A stretch of 64,000 nucleotides of DNA from an uncultured Undibacter sp. (lineage in GTDB: Bacteria > Pseudomonadota > Alphaproteobacteria > Rhizobiales > Xanthobacteraceae), in contig CAYJPU010000002.1 of the NCBI GenBank assembly GCA_964372105.1, positions 3,037 through 67,036 on the forward strand, read 5' to 3'. This document shows, piece after piece, positions 28,344 to 38,697 of this stretch (position 1 is the stretch's first letter; each line of letters starts with the position of its first letter). The position numbers were made by a program, and so were the translations under genes. Below the pieces are notes generated by a model. It was given only the letters and a program-made list of their open reading frames with translations. It searched no databases and was not told the DNA's origin.

Positions 28344-29546
28344 ATGCTCGCACTAGCGGCCGCGACATTCGGCGCTCCGTCGGAGACGTTCATTCACGAT
28401 CATGCGCGGCATCTCGCTCCTGATGCGACGGTTCTGATTTGCCGGGACGAGCAAGGCACCGAGCGGTTTGGCTTCCCGGTATTTCTCGGGAAAGGCGCGC
28501 CAGACAACGCCCAGGATTTTGCGAGCCTGTGCATCCGCGCCTTCAAGTTGCGGTGGACGCGCTATTGCGATCCGATCCGGGCCTATCTCGACAACGCATT
28601 ATATGCGCCATACTCACGTGATGAGACGGCGCGGCTTTGTTCGTTTCTCGAGCGATATCGGCCGGTCGCGCTCTTGGCTGAATACGGTCCGGTCGGGCTG
28701 CAGGTGGCCGAGGCCAGCGCCCGCGCGGACGTCCCGCTGTACGTTCATTTTCACGGCTGGGACGCGAACATTCTGGGTGAAAGCTGGTCGATCCGGCGCG
28801 ATTATCGCGCGCTGTTCAAGGCGGCCAAGGGCATCATCGCCACAACGGATTTTCTCAAAGGACGGCTGCTGGCCCTCGGTTGTCCTGAGGACAAGCTCGC
28901 CGTCTGCCCTTGTGGCGTCGATATCGACCTGTTCCGCCCGGGATCCCGCGCGACGAACGGCCACGTTCTTATGGCCAGCCGGCTCGTTCCGCAAAAGGGG
29001 CCCGACTATTCACTTGCGAGCTTTGCGCGGATGTCGACCGGGCACCCGGAGGTGATGCTGGAAATCATCGGCGAAGGCCCCCTTCGCGGCCGTCTGGAAG
29101 AGCAGGCGGCCGAATTCGGAATAGCGCAGCGCGTCATCTTTCACGGCGCGCGCGACCATGACTTCGTCCGGCAGCGAATGAGCGGTGCGACATTGTTCAT
29201 TCAACACTCTGTTTCCATCCCTGGAAACGGCGTGGAGTCGCAGGGGCTTTCGATCCTGGAGGCGATGGCTTGCGCCGTCCCGGTGGTCGCCACACGTCAC
29301 GGTGCGATCGGCGAAATCGTCGAAGACGGCGTCACCGGCTCACTTGTCGATGAACGCGACGTCGCGGCCATGGCCGGCGCCATGAGCGACCTGGTCGAAA
29401 ATCCGGATGAAGCGTCGCGCATAGGCGCGGCCGGCCGCCGTCGAGTAATGGCGCGTTACAGTCAGAATGATGCGATCGATCGCCTTCGTCGCATTCTAGG
29501 CTTGTCCGGCCCGGTAGGCGTGATAGACGCGGGCGTGACGCGATGA
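28344..29546 (+). CDS. Glycosyltransferase family 4
   Basis: SETFI, FHGWD, RLVPQKG, ESQGLSILEAMAC. Confidence 0.9.
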   Translation: MLALAAATFGAPSETFIHDHARHLAPDATVLICRDEQGTERFGFPVFLGKGAPDNAQDFASLCIRAFKLRWTRYCDPIRAYLDNALYAPYSRDETARLCSFLERYRPVALLAEYGPVGLQVAEASARADVPLYVHFHGWDANILGESWSIRRDYRALFKAAKGIIATTDFLKGRLLALGCPEDKLAVCPCGVDIDLFRPGSRATNGHVLMASRLVPQKGPDYSLASFARMSTGHPEVMLEIIGEGPLRGRLEEQAAEFGIAQRVIFHGARDHDFVRQRMSGATLFIQHSVSIPGNGVESQGLSILEAMACAVPVVATRHGAIGEIVEDGVTGSLVDERDVAAMAGAMSDLVENPDEASRIGAAGRRRVMARYSQNDAIDRLRRILGLSGPVGVIDAGVTR

Positions 29547-30331
29547 CCGGCATCCGGGCGCGGCTTAAGAGCGCCGCTCCGCAGCTCTATGCGTACCTCG
29601 CCGCCGCCCGGAAATCAGTGCAGCTGATGAGCACGATACGCGGCCGGGACGTAGACGTGAGCCTGTTGCGCGATGTGATCGAGAAGACCCGCGGCGTGTC
29701 CGCAAAGTCGTGCCCGCTCTGCGGATACCATGGGCGTTTCGAAGCCTTCGGAAGCCCGCCGCGGTGGGACGCGCGTTGCCCGTCATGCGGTTCCCTGGAG
29801 CGGCACCGCCTGTTCGTCCTGGCCTTGCGCGCGACGCCGCTGAAGGGCGCCGTTCTCCACTTCGCACCGGAGCCGGCGCTGGCGGCGTTCTTGAGGCGAT
29901 CTGAAATCCAATACACCAGTGCCGACCTCCTCCGGAAAGACGTCGATCGAAATTGGAACATCGAGGAAATCCCGTGCGCCGACGAACAGTTCGACGTTGT
30001 CGTGTGCAACCATGTGCTGGAGCACGTCAACGATCGCAAGGCGTTGCGTGAGCTCTACCGGATACTCAAGCCGGGCGGCCTTCTGCTCGCAATGGTACCG
30101 ATCGTGGAAGGCTGCGCCGAGACGTACGAAGATGAGTCGGTAACCGGCCCGCGGAATCGCGAAATCCATTTCGGGCAGAGCGACCACGTGCGGGTCTATG
30201 GCGCCGATTTCTTGCAGCGCCTTCTTGCGCCGGGATTCGCCGTCAACGTGCACACGGCGTTCGGTTCTGACGCTGTCCAATACGGCCTGCTGATGGGCGA
30301 GAAATTGTTTCAATGCCAAAAACCCGTCTGA
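29543..30331 (+). CDS. Class I SAM-dependent methyltransferase with N-terminal CxxC-CxxC
   Basis: CPLCG, CPSCGSLERHR, LHFAPE, CNHVLEHV, FGQSDHVRVYG; paralogous to 24954-25742. Confidence 0.87.
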   Translation: MTGIRARLKSAAPQLYAYLAAARKSVQLMSTIRGRDVDVSLLRDVIEKTRGVSAKSCPLCGYHGRFEAFGSPPRWDARCPSCGSLERHRLFVLALRATPLKGAVLHFAPEPALAAFLRRSEIQYTSADLLRKDVDRNWNIEEIPCADEQFDVVVCNHVLEHVNDRKALRELYRILKPGGLLLAMVPIVEGCAETYEDESVTGPRNREIHFGQSDHVRVYGADFLQRLLAPGFAVNVHTAFGSDAVQYGLLMGEKLFQCQKPV

Positions 30332-30373
30332 TCATGGCGATCCCTCGCACCCGTCGCCACGTCTAATTCCGGC

Positions 30374-31384
30374 ATGTCCAGATCTCCGCTCGTCACGGTC
30401 ATAACCCCAACCAAGAACCGCCTTGCGTTGCTTGGCGAAACCATGGATTCGGTGCAGCGGCAGTCCTTGCAGGACTGGGAGCACATCATCGTCGATGATG
30501 GTTCCGAGGATGGAACGGCGGCGGAAGTGATGCGGCGCGCGCAGGTAGACCCGCGTGTGCGCTTCATGGTCCGCAATGGCGAAGCCTGTGGCGCCAATGT
30601 GTGTCGCAACCAGGGCTTGGCTGCGGCGCGCGCCGATTTCATCGTGTTTCTGGATTCCGACGACCTGCTCGAACCGGACTGCCTGGTGCGGCGGGTCGAG
30701 ATCATGCGGCGCAACCTTGATATCGATTTCGCGGTCTCGCGCATGGGCGTCTTCCTGAAGGCGCCTGGCGATCTCGGCCGCGAGCTGAGCGCAGATCTGC
30801 TCGGCGACGATCTCTTGAGCTTCCTCTTTTTTGAGACGCCCTGGCAGACCACCGCGCCGACATGGCGCCAGGCGGCGCTGCGGCGCCTCGGTGGCTTCGA
30901 CGAAAGCTTGCCGAGCTGGCAGGATGTCGACCTGCATGTGCGCGCCATTACCGGCGGGCTTCGCTATCTGCGTTTTCCGCACGTGGACTATCACATGCGC
31001 TGGCAGGAGGACGCGGCCAAGGTCAGCACGCTCCAACGTCGTGCGCCCGAGCATCTGAAATCGGCGGAGCGTCTGCTGGAGAAATTTGAACAGATGGTGC
31101 GCGATGGGCCGGGCATGACGTGGATGCGTCAGCGCGCGCTCTGTAGTCTGTATTTCTTCTTGGCCGAGCGTTGGATCGGCGCGGGGCGGTTCGCCGACGC
31201 CCAGAGCTGCTGGAAGGTGGCGCACAGGCGCGAACTGGCCCCGACTCTCATTTACACAACGGGGGCGAGCCTGCTTCTGCTGCAAAGTATGGGGCCGGTC
31301 GGTCTGCGGTTCGGACGCCGCGTTGCGCATAAGTGGAAAGGCTGGGTGCGCATGCGCACCGAGCCGGAATTGGTGGCGCGTTGA
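30374..31384 (+). CDS. Glycosyltransferase family 2
   Basis: VITPTKNR, IVDDGSED, RNQG, FLDSDD, WQDVD. Confidence 0.92.
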   Translation: MSRSPLVTVITPTKNRLALLGETMDSVQRQSLQDWEHIIVDDGSEDGTAAEVMRRAQVDPRVRFMVRNGEACGANVCRNQGLAAARADFIVFLDSDDLLEPDCLVRRVEIMRRNLDIDFAVSRMGVFLKAPGDLGRELSADLLGDDLLSFLFFETPWQTTAPTWRQAALRRLGGFDESLPSWQDVDLHVRAITGGLRYLRFPHVDYHMRWQEDAAKVSTLQRRAPEHLKSAERLLEKFEQMVRDGPGMTWMRQRALCSLYFFLAERWIGAGRFADAQSCWKVAHRRELAPTLIYTTGASLLLLQSMGPVGLRFGRRVAHKWKGWVRMRTEPELVAR

Positions 31385-32331
31385 ACGGCGCGCGGCGGGC
31401 GCCCGATTGCATCTATGTCGCGGCATCGGCGCGCGACGCCCGCTACACGCGCATCTGTGTGGCGAGCATTCGCTATTTCTATCCCGAAGCCCGGATCAAG
31501 CTGCTGGCCGGCGCGCCGCTGGAAAGCGGACTCAAAGAGGAACTGGCACGCTATTGGGATGTGGGGGTGGCGGACGTGCCAAGTGGCGCGTGGGGCTGGG
31601 GTTTCATCAAGCTCGAGCCGCTGTTCGGGCCGGCGGGTGAGCGGTTCCTCGTGCTCGATTCCGACACGGCGTTCGCCGGGCAGGTGCTTGCGGCCTGGGC
31701 CGACAGTTCGGCCGATTTCGTGGTCGACGATGAGCAGCAGAACGAGGCCGACACGCGGCGCCTCTATTACGACTGGCGAAAGGTCGCCGCGCTCGACCCG
31801 GCCGCGTGCCCGCCGCAGTTCGTGTTCAACTCCGGCCAGTGGTTCGGCACAGCGGGGGTCGTCACCCGGAAGGACTTCGTGCTCTTCGTCGATTGGAGTG
31901 AAATGCCGCCGAAACTCCGCCATCCGAATCTGTTCATGCCCGGCGATCAGGGCGTGCTCAATTACGTGTTCAACCGGAAAGCCATGATCGAGGGCCTCAA
32001 GGTCGAGCGCCGCAAGATCATGCAATGGCCAGGGCATGGCATGGTTGGCATTTCCGCCGCCGCAGTGACGCAACGCATGGCACCTGCACGCGTCGTCCAT
32101 TGGGCCGGATTCAAGAAAGCGCGGCTCGGCGCGATGCCGGGCGCCGACGTTCTGAGAATGTTCGAAAAATTCTACTACGCGCGGATTCCGTTCGGCGTCT
32201 ACGTCAGACGGGCGCGAGCGGCCCGCTATGCCTGGGCGGTTGTGCTCGACCGCGCCCTGACGAGAGCCCGGCTCTTGGTGCGGCGGTTGCGGCCGCCGGC
32301 GGCGCGGGCGATGTCGGTCTTCAAGGTTTAG
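31381..32331 (+). CDS. Glycosyltransferase, GT8-like
   Basis: IKL, LVLDSDT, FNSG, GDQGVLN and VHWAG..K motifs; TTG start overlapping the upstream stop. Confidence 0.75.
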   Translation: MNGARRAPDCIYVAASARDARYTRICVASIRYFYPEARIKLLAGAPLESGLKEELARYWDVGVADVPSGAWGWGFIKLEPLFGPAGERFLVLDSDTAFAGQVLAAWADSSADFVVDDEQQNEADTRRLYYDWRKVAALDPAACPPQFVFNSGQWFGTAGVVTRKDFVLFVDWSEMPPKLRHPNLFMPGDQGVLNYVFNRKAMIEGLKVERRKIMQWPGHGMVGISAAAVTQRMAPARVVHWAGFKKARLGAMPGADVLRMFEKFYYARIPFGVYVRRARAARYAWAVVLDRALTRARLLVRRLRPPAARAMSVFKV

Positions 32332-32366
32332 CGGGGCATGCTCACCGTAAGAGGGAGATTATCCGC

Positions 32367-33320
32367 GTGGTGAAGCCCAATTTCTTTCTGATTGGGGCGC
32401 CAAAATGCGGCACTACTGCCGTCGCAAAAGCACTGGCGGCGCATCCTGAGATTTTCATCTCGGAGCCGAAGGAGCCGGAGTACTTCGTCTACGCGCGGGG
32501 CAATCCCTACGGTTTTGATCCCAAATCGAACATATCGAACCTTGCCGACTACATGGCGTTGTTCGATGGGGTCAGAGATAAGAAGGTCGTGGGGGAGGCA
32601 TCGCCGCTTTACATGTACGCGCCTTATATAGCCTCGGAGATTATTGCGTTTAATCCCGACGCCAAGATCATGGTGATCCTCCGCAATCCTGTCGAGCGCG
32701 CCTACTCGCACTATCTTTTCTGGTATCAATACGAAAAGAGGGCGCCCGTGAGCCCGAATGATTTCCGCGAAAAATTTTTCACCGGCGCATTCAATTCAAA
32801 GATCGTTCTTGGCGACGGCGACTACATTCCGATGGAATTTGTGCGGTCCTTTGGATTCTACCACCGTCTTCTCCAGCCGTATTTCGCCACCTTTCCACGC
32901 GAGCGAATCCTGGTGCTGTCCTACGACGATCTGAAGGCCAATCCGGCGTATTTTCTCAAGCGGGTACTGAAATTCTTGCAGGTGGACGACAACTGGCAAA
33001 CAGAGTTGGTGCTGGAGAACGTGACGATTGAGCCGAAATCCAGGCTCCTTTATTATTGGCTAAATCTCGATAACCGTAGCGGCACGCGGCAACAGCTCAA
33101 GCGCCTGTTCGGCTCATCCGAAATGGCCAAATCTATTCGCGCGATGATCAACCGCATTAACCAGCGCAAAGTGCCGGCGACGGAGTTTCTTTCCGATGGT
33201 CTTTTTCGCGAGCTGATCGAGGTCTATCGGGACGATATAACCAACCTGTCCCGCATGGTCGGCACGGACTTCACCCCGTGGCTGCGCGGGGCCCCGTCGG
33301 TGCCGCCACCGAGCCCATGA
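32367..33320 (+). CDS. Sulfotransferase
   Basis: PNFFLIGAPKCGTT (5'-PSB), KEPEYF, GEASPLY, LRNPVERAYS (3'-PB); GGGAG RBS before GTG. Confidence 0.92.
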   Translation: MVKPNFFLIGAPKCGTTAVAKALAAHPEIFISEPKEPEYFVYARGNPYGFDPKSNISNLADYMALFDGVRDKKVVGEASPLYMYAPYIASEIIAFNPDAKIMVILRNPVERAYSHYLFWYQYEKRAPVSPNDFREKFFTGAFNSKIVLGDGDYIPMEFVRSFGFYHRLLQPYFATFPRERILVLSYDDLKANPAYFLKRVLKFLQVDDNWQTELVLENVTIEPKSRLLYYWLNLDNRSGTRQQLKRLFGSSEMAKSIRAMINRINQRKVPATEFLSDGLFRELIEVYRDDITNLSRMVGTDFTPWLRGAPSVPPPSP

Positions 33321-33348
33321 CCACTTTCGGCCCTAAGATCCGTGTGAT

Positions 33349-34101
33349 GTGAAAAACCTGCTGCGATCGTTTCTCGCTCAGCGCGGGTATGTGCTGTGGA
33401 AGCGCAATTTCTTTCGCTTCGGCATCTCGCCGTTCGTCGACATGGCGCGGCTGAACACGACGTGGGGGCGATCGCTGGACGTCGTCTTTGATGTCGGCGC
33501 CAATGTCGGCCAGTTCGCGCAGGAGGCGAGGCAGGAGCAGCCGGCCGCGACGATCTATTCCTTTGAGCCGCATCCGCGGTCATTCGAGAAGCTCGCGCAG
33601 GCAGCCGCCGGCAACCGAATCGTTCCGCAGTGCCTGGCGTTGAGCGATCAAATCGGCGAGGTGAGGTTCTACGAATATGGGTCCGAGGGCCCCGGCTCGC
33701 ACATCAACAGCCTTGTGCCGGATGCACGGTTTCCGGCGCGCTTCGGCTATGAGGGCCGCGCGATCACGGTTCAAAGCACGACGCTGGACCATTTCTGTGC
33801 CGGCCATAACATCGATCGCATCGATTTTCTGAAGATCGATGTGGAAGGCGCCGAACTGTCCGTGCTGGAAGGTGGTGCCGGCATGCTTGCGCGCGGCAAG
33901 ATCATGGCGGTCTATTTCGAGTTCAACGATCTGGAGTCGGCGCCGGGCGCGACCGGCGGCTCGCTGATGCCGATCGCCCGCTATCTTGGTGGGTTCGGAC
34001 TGCAATATGCCTGCACATATACCGATTATCTGCTGCACGGCAGCCAACTTCATGTCGTTGCCAATGCGCTGTTCGTGCTCCCGCCGTCGGGCAACGGATA
34101 A
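33349..34101 (+). CDS. FkbM family methyltransferase
   Basis: VFDVGANVG, SFEP, LKIDVEGAE. Confidence 0.9.
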   Translation: MKNLLRSFLAQRGYVLWKRNFFRFGISPFVDMARLNTTWGRSLDVVFDVGANVGQFAQEARQEQPAATIYSFEPHPRSFEKLAQAAAGNRIVPQCLALSDQIGEVRFYEYGSEGPGSHINSLVPDARFPARFGYEGRAITVQSTTLDHFCAGHNIDRIDFLKIDVEGAELSVLEGGAGMLARGKIMAVYFEFNDLESAPGATGGSLMPIARYLGGFGLQYACTYTDYLLHGSQLHVVANALFVLPPSGNG

Positions 34102-34113
34102 GGGGCTGCCCCG

Positions 34114-35040
34114 GTGACACTTGAGATTTCAGTCGTCATCTGCACCCACAATCCGCGTGACGATTACTTCCCGCGCGTGCTTGGTGCCTTGCGGGCGCAG
34201 ACGCTTGCCACGGAAAAGTGGGAACTGCTGGTGGTGGACAACCTGAGCAATCCTGCGGTCGGCGAGCGCTTCGATCTGTCGTGGCATCCGCAGGCGCGGC
34301 TGATCCGGGAAGACAAGCTCGGCCTCACGCCGTCGCGCCTGCGCGGCATCCGCGAGACGCGCGGCGAGATCCTGACGTTCGTTGATGACGACAACGTGCT
34401 TGATCCCGATTACCTGGAACAGGCGCTGCGATTTGCGGCGGAAAAGCCGTTCGTCGGCTCATGGAGCGGGCATTGCCGCGGCGAGTTCGAGGGGACGCCG
34501 CCGGAATGGACGCGGCGCTATTGGGGCAACCTGTCGATTCGCGACGTGCCGCGGGACATCTGGTCGAACCTGCCGCGCCTGCCGGAAACGCACCCTTATG
34601 GCGCCGGGATGTGCGTGCGGCGCGCGGTCGCGCTGCACTATCTCAAGCTGCACCAGGAAGGCCGCCGGCGCATGCAGATGGACCGAGCCGGCACGTCGCT
34701 GCTGTCGGGCGGCGACAACGACCTGGCGGCGTGCGCCTGCGACCTGAATATGGGCGTTGGCCTCGCCTCGGCGCTGAAACTGACCCACCTGATGCCGCGC
34801 GAGCGGATGACCGTCGATTATCATGTGCGGCTCGCGGATGGCATCACCTATTCGTCGGTGATCCTGGATGCGGAGCGCGGCATCGTCACGCCGCCGCGCT
34901 CGCTGGCCGGCCGCATGATCGATTTTCTCCGCACCATGCGGCTGAAGCCGCCGCACCGGCAGATCGCCGCGGCCGTTTACCGGGCGCGCAACCGGGCGTG
35001 CCGTGAGATTGCGGCTGACGACATGAAGCGCCGGAAGTGA
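34114..35040 (+). CDS. Glycosyltransferase family 2
   Basis: ISVVICTHN, VVDNLS, FVDDD, GAGM, GGDND. Confidence 0.9.
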   Translation: MTLEISVVICTHNPRDDYFPRVLGALRAQTLATEKWELLVVDNLSNPAVGERFDLSWHPQARLIREDKLGLTPSRLRGIRETRGEILTFVDDDNVLDPDYLEQALRFAAEKPFVGSWSGHCRGEFEGTPPEWTRRYWGNLSIRDVPRDIWSNLPRLPETHPYGAGMCVRRAVALHYLKLHQEGRRRMQMDRAGTSLLSGGDNDLAACACDLNMGVGLASALKLTHLMPRERMTVDYHVRLADGITYSSVILDAERGIVTPPRSLAGRMIDFLRTMRLKPPHRQIAAAVYRARNRACREIAADDMKRRK

Positions 35041-35110
35041 AGCCGCCGTTCGTCGGAACACCGTTCGCTGTGGACGCCGAGGCCGCCGCCTGGCGCGCCG
35101 GCGGACCCGA

Positions 35111-36286
35111 ATGGGCGTTCCCGCTCTGAGCAGCCATCGACCCTTGCGCGTGCTCCACATCATCGAAAGTCTCGACCGGGGGTCGGTCGAGAATTGGCTG
35201 TTGCGCATGGCCGCGCATGCGCGGCGGCGCGGGGTGGCGATCGACTGGACGTTTTACTGTTCGCTCGGCGTTCCGGGATCGAAAGACGGGCTGGCGCGCG
35301 AACTCGGCCTGCGCGTCGTGCACACGCCGGTTCCGATCGGACACAAGCTCGCCTTCGCGCAGGCTCTGCGGTCCGAGATCGCGCGCGGGCACTACGACGT
35401 TTTGCACGCCCATCACGATCTGATCTCCGGATTCTACCTGACGGCTGCGTTGGGTCTGCCGCTGCGCCGGCGTATCGTCCATGTGCACAACGCCGACGAA
35501 CAGGTGCTGACCGGCAATCCGGTGAAGAAGGCCGTGCTGCGGCCGGTGCTGCGGCGTCTCTGCTTCGCGCTCGCGGACAAGATCGCCGCGAACTCGAACC
35601 ATTCGCTCGACACCTTCCTGGCGGGCCGGACACGGCGCGCCGGCCGGGACGTGGTTCACCATCTCGGCATTGACTCGCAGCGCTTCGAGGCCGCGACCGG
35701 CGACCGTCGAGCGCTACGGCTGGCGCTCGGCCTGCCGGACAATGCCCTGATCCTGTTGTTCGCGGGCCGTATGACGCCGGAGAAAAATCCGGTGTTTGCC
35801 GTCGACGTGCTGGCTGAACTGCGCTGCCGCCTGCCGCAAACCGTCGGGGTATTCGTCGGTGCCGGCTCGCTCGAGGACGCGGTGCGCCGGCGCGCCGGTG
35901 AGCTGGGCCAGGCCGGGGCGATACGCCTGCTGGGCTGGCGCGATGACGTCGCCGAGATCATGAGTGCAGGCGACTGGTTCATCCTGCCGCATCCCGAACG
36001 TCCGGTTGAAGGCTTCGGCATCGCCGTTGTCGAAGCACAGCTCGCCGGCTTGCGCCTGTTGCTGTCGCGCGGCGTGCTCGACGATCCGCTGCTGCCGGGC
36101 GCGGTGTTCCGCCGCTTGCCGCTGGCCGATCCGCCACAGGCCTGGGCCGAGGCCGCCCTGGACATGCTGGCGGGGCCGGCCCCGTCGCGCGCGCAGGCGC
36201 AGGCGGAATTCAAGTCCTCGCCGATGGAAATGGACCGGGCGCTTGAGCTGCTCGTGCAGCTCCATGAGGCCGCGGTCACACCATGA
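35111..36286 (+). CDS. Glycosyltransferase family 4
   Basis: GSVE, FAGR..EKN, EGFGIAVVEAQ. Confidence 0.9.
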   Translation: MGVPALSSHRPLRVLHIIESLDRGSVENWLLRMAAHARRRGVAIDWTFYCSLGVPGSKDGLARELGLRVVHTPVPIGHKLAFAQALRSEIARGHYDVLHAHHDLISGFYLTAALGLPLRRRIVHVHNADEQVLTGNPVKKAVLRPVLRRLCFALADKIAANSNHSLDTFLAGRTRRAGRDVVHHLGIDSQRFEAATGDRRALRLALGLPDNALILLFAGRMTPEKNPVFAVDVLAELRCRLPQTVGVFVGAGSLEDAVRRRAGELGQAGAIRLLGWRDDVAEIMSAGDWFILPHPERPVEGFGIAVVEAQLAGLRLLLSRGVLDDPLLPGAVFRRLPLADPPQAWAEAALDMLAGPAPSRAQAQAEFKSSPMEMDRALELLVQLHEAAVTP

Positions 36287-37482
36287 CGGAACCACGTCGC
36301 CTGCGCGTGCTTCAGGTCGCGGGAGCGCTCGGCATGGGCGGCGCCGAAACCTGGCTGATGGAGCTCTTGAAATATTGGCACAGAACCGGCGGCGTGCAGA
36401 TGGACCTGCTGCTGACCAGCGGCCAGCGCGGCATCTTCGATGACGAAGCCAGCCGGCTCGGCGCACGGTTGTTTTACGTAGCCTACCGGCGCAGCGATCT
36501 TCCGGCATTTATCCGGGCGTTCCGCCGCATCCTGCGTGAGGGCGATTACGACGTCCTCCACGACCACAGCGACTATGTCACCGGGTGGCGGTTTCTGATG
36601 GGGCTGGGCGTGCTGCCGAAAATGCGCGTGGCGCACGTGCACAATCCCTGGCTCCATATCGAGGCGAACTACGCGGTGAACCCGTTTCGCCGAGCGTCGA
36701 CGTTTGTTGGCAAGGGCTTGGTCAACCGCCTTGCGACCGGGATTTGCGGCACGTCCGGCGCGACCTTACGTGAATACGGCTTCGAGCCGGGCCGCCAGCA
36801 AAAGCCGCCGGTCAACGTCGTCCATTGCGGCATCGACATCGCTTTGTTCAGCAAACCTCGCGCGGCCGACCGTGCTTCGGTGCTTGCGGAACTCGGCTGG
36901 CCGGATGACGCCCAGATCGTTCTCTTTGCCGGCCGTTTGGACCGCGCGCTTGCGTTCGACCACCCACAAAACCACAAGAACTCGTGGTTCGCGCTGAACG
37001 TGGCGCGCGTCGCCGCGCTGCGCGCGCCACGCTTGCGGCTGTTGATGGCGGGCGCCGGCGAGCAGGAGCGCAAGGCGCTGGAAGGTCGAGTAGCCCAATG
37101 GAGCTTGCAGGACAGGCTGAAGTTAATTGGCATCCGCCGCGACATCCCGCGCCTGATGCGTGCCGCCGATGTACTGCTGTTTCCCTCGCGGCAGGAAGGC
37201 CTCGGCATGGTGGCGGTGGAGGCGCAGGCGGCCGAGCTGCCGGTCCTCGCCAGCACGGCCGTGCCGCGCGAGGCGGTCGTCATTCCGGCGCTGGTGCAGT
37301 CTTTGCCACTCTCGGATTCCCTGCAAAGCTGGGCTGAGGCGCTGCTCCATACCCTGTCATTGTCGCGCAAGCCGGCGGAGACCTACCGGAGCGCGATGGA
37401 AGCATCCGATTTCGCGATTGCCAATTCGGCGCGCAATTTGTTGAGAGTCTATACAAGCGGCTCGAACGGCGACGCGACGTGA
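36283..37482 (+). CDS. Glycosyltransferase family 4
   Basis: GGAETW, FAGR, FPSRQEGLGMVAVEAQ. Confidence 0.9.
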   Translation: MTEPRRLRVLQVAGALGMGGAETWLMELLKYWHRTGGVQMDLLLTSGQRGIFDDEASRLGARLFYVAYRRSDLPAFIRAFRRILREGDYDVLHDHSDYVTGWRFLMGLGVLPKMRVAHVHNPWLHIEANYAVNPFRRASTFVGKGLVNRLATGICGTSGATLREYGFEPGRQQKPPVNVVHCGIDIALFSKPRAADRASVLAELGWPDDAQIVLFAGRLDRALAFDHPQNHKNSWFALNVARVAALRAPRLRLLMAGAGEQERKALEGRVAQWSLQDRLKLIGIRRDIPRLMRAADVLLFPSRQEGLGMVAVEAQAAELPVLASTAVPREAVVIPALVQSLPLSDSLQSWAEALLHTLSLSRKPAETYRSAMEASDFAIANSARNLLRVYTSGSNGDAT

Positions 37483-38633
37483 AGTCCGGGCGGATCGTCA
37501 TTTTCGTGCCGGCCATTCACGCTTTCGGTGGCGTCGAACGGCTGGTGGTCGACCTTTCCCGCTTCCTGCATGGGGAAAAGCTGCCGCACACGGTCTTGTG
37601 CCTCAATCAAAGCATCGCGCTTGGCGCGCATGCCGATTGGCCGATCGATGTGCGCGCGCTCGAGCCGCCGCGCAACCCCATCGCCGAAGGCTGGGCGCTC
37701 GCACGCTACTTTCGCGACGCCGTCAATGACGGCATTCAGGCGCCATTGTTCTTCGACCTGAAGGGCGCTTTCTACGCCGGACTGTTCCGCACGCCGGATT
37801 TCCACCTGCATCTGACCGATCCGCCGAGTCTGTTGCCGAAGGATGTGAGCAAGCACGCGCCGTCGCTCCGCACGCGGTTTCCCTCTCACCAAACCGCCGG
37901 CTGGCCGGCCGCCTGGCGCGGCGGCGCCGTGCATGGGATCAACAAGCGTGGTGTGCGGCGCGCGCGGTCGGTGATCGTCATGACGAGTGCGATTGCCGAG
38001 GAGATCGAGGGGCTCTATGGCAAACGTGCGACCGTCATCCGCCCCGGCGTTCAGTTCTCCTCGCAAACTGCCGGACCGGCGTTGTCAAAGCCGGACACGA
38101 TCCGCTTCCTGTCGGTGTCGCGGCTGGAGACCAGCAAGCGCATCGACTGGATGCTGGAGGCGCTCGCCGCAATCGAGTGCTCCGACACTCCGTTGAGCGC
38201 GCAATCGGCCTGGACGTTGGATGTCGTCGGCGACGGGCCTGAGGCCGCGCGGTTGCGCCAACGCGCGGCCGCCTTGGGCATCGGCGCGCAGGTGACGTTC
38301 CATGGCCGTGTTTCCGACGAACGCCTTGAACATTTGTTCGCGCAGGCAAGCGTATTCCTGATGCCCGCGGTGCAAGGTTATGGGCTGCCGGCGCTGGAAG
38401 CACTGGTACGGGGAAGACCTGTGGTTCTGCATCTGGATTCCGGTGTGTCCGAAATCCTGCATCAGCCGCCGTGGGTCGAAACAATCGCGCAAGGCCCTGA
38501 GGATCTGGCGCAGGCCATACGGCGGATGGTTGCCAGCATCAGGTCAGGCGCTCTGGAGCGGCAGCCCAAGCCCGCGATCCCGACGGCCAACGAATGGGCG
38601 CAGCAGATCGCCACGCAATGCGGCTGGTCATGA
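37479..38633 (+). CDS. Glycosyltransferase family 4
   Basis: GGVER, SRLETSKR, QGYGLPALEAL. Confidence 0.87.
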   Translation: MKSGRIVIFVPAIHAFGGVERLVVDLSRFLHGEKLPHTVLCLNQSIALGAHADWPIDVRALEPPRNPIAEGWALARYFRDAVNDGIQAPLFFDLKGAFYAGLFRTPDFHLHLTDPPSLLPKDVSKHAPSLRTRFPSHQTAGWPAAWRGGAVHGINKRGVRRARSVIVMTSAIAEEIEGLYGKRATVIRPGVQFSSQTAGPALSKPDTIRFLSVSRLETSKRIDWMLEALAAIECSDTPLSAQSAWTLDVVGDGPEAARLRQRAAALGIGAQVTFHGRVSDERLEHLFAQASVFLMPAVQGYGLPALEALVRGRPVVLHLDSGVSEILHQPPWVETIAQGPEDLAQAIRRMVASIRSGALERQPKPAIPTANEWAQQIATQCGWS

Positions 38634-38697
38634 CCGCGTTGTTGCTCCTACCGACTTGCCCCCGGCCTCGATCGCGCCGCAACGCAGGGCTTGTGAC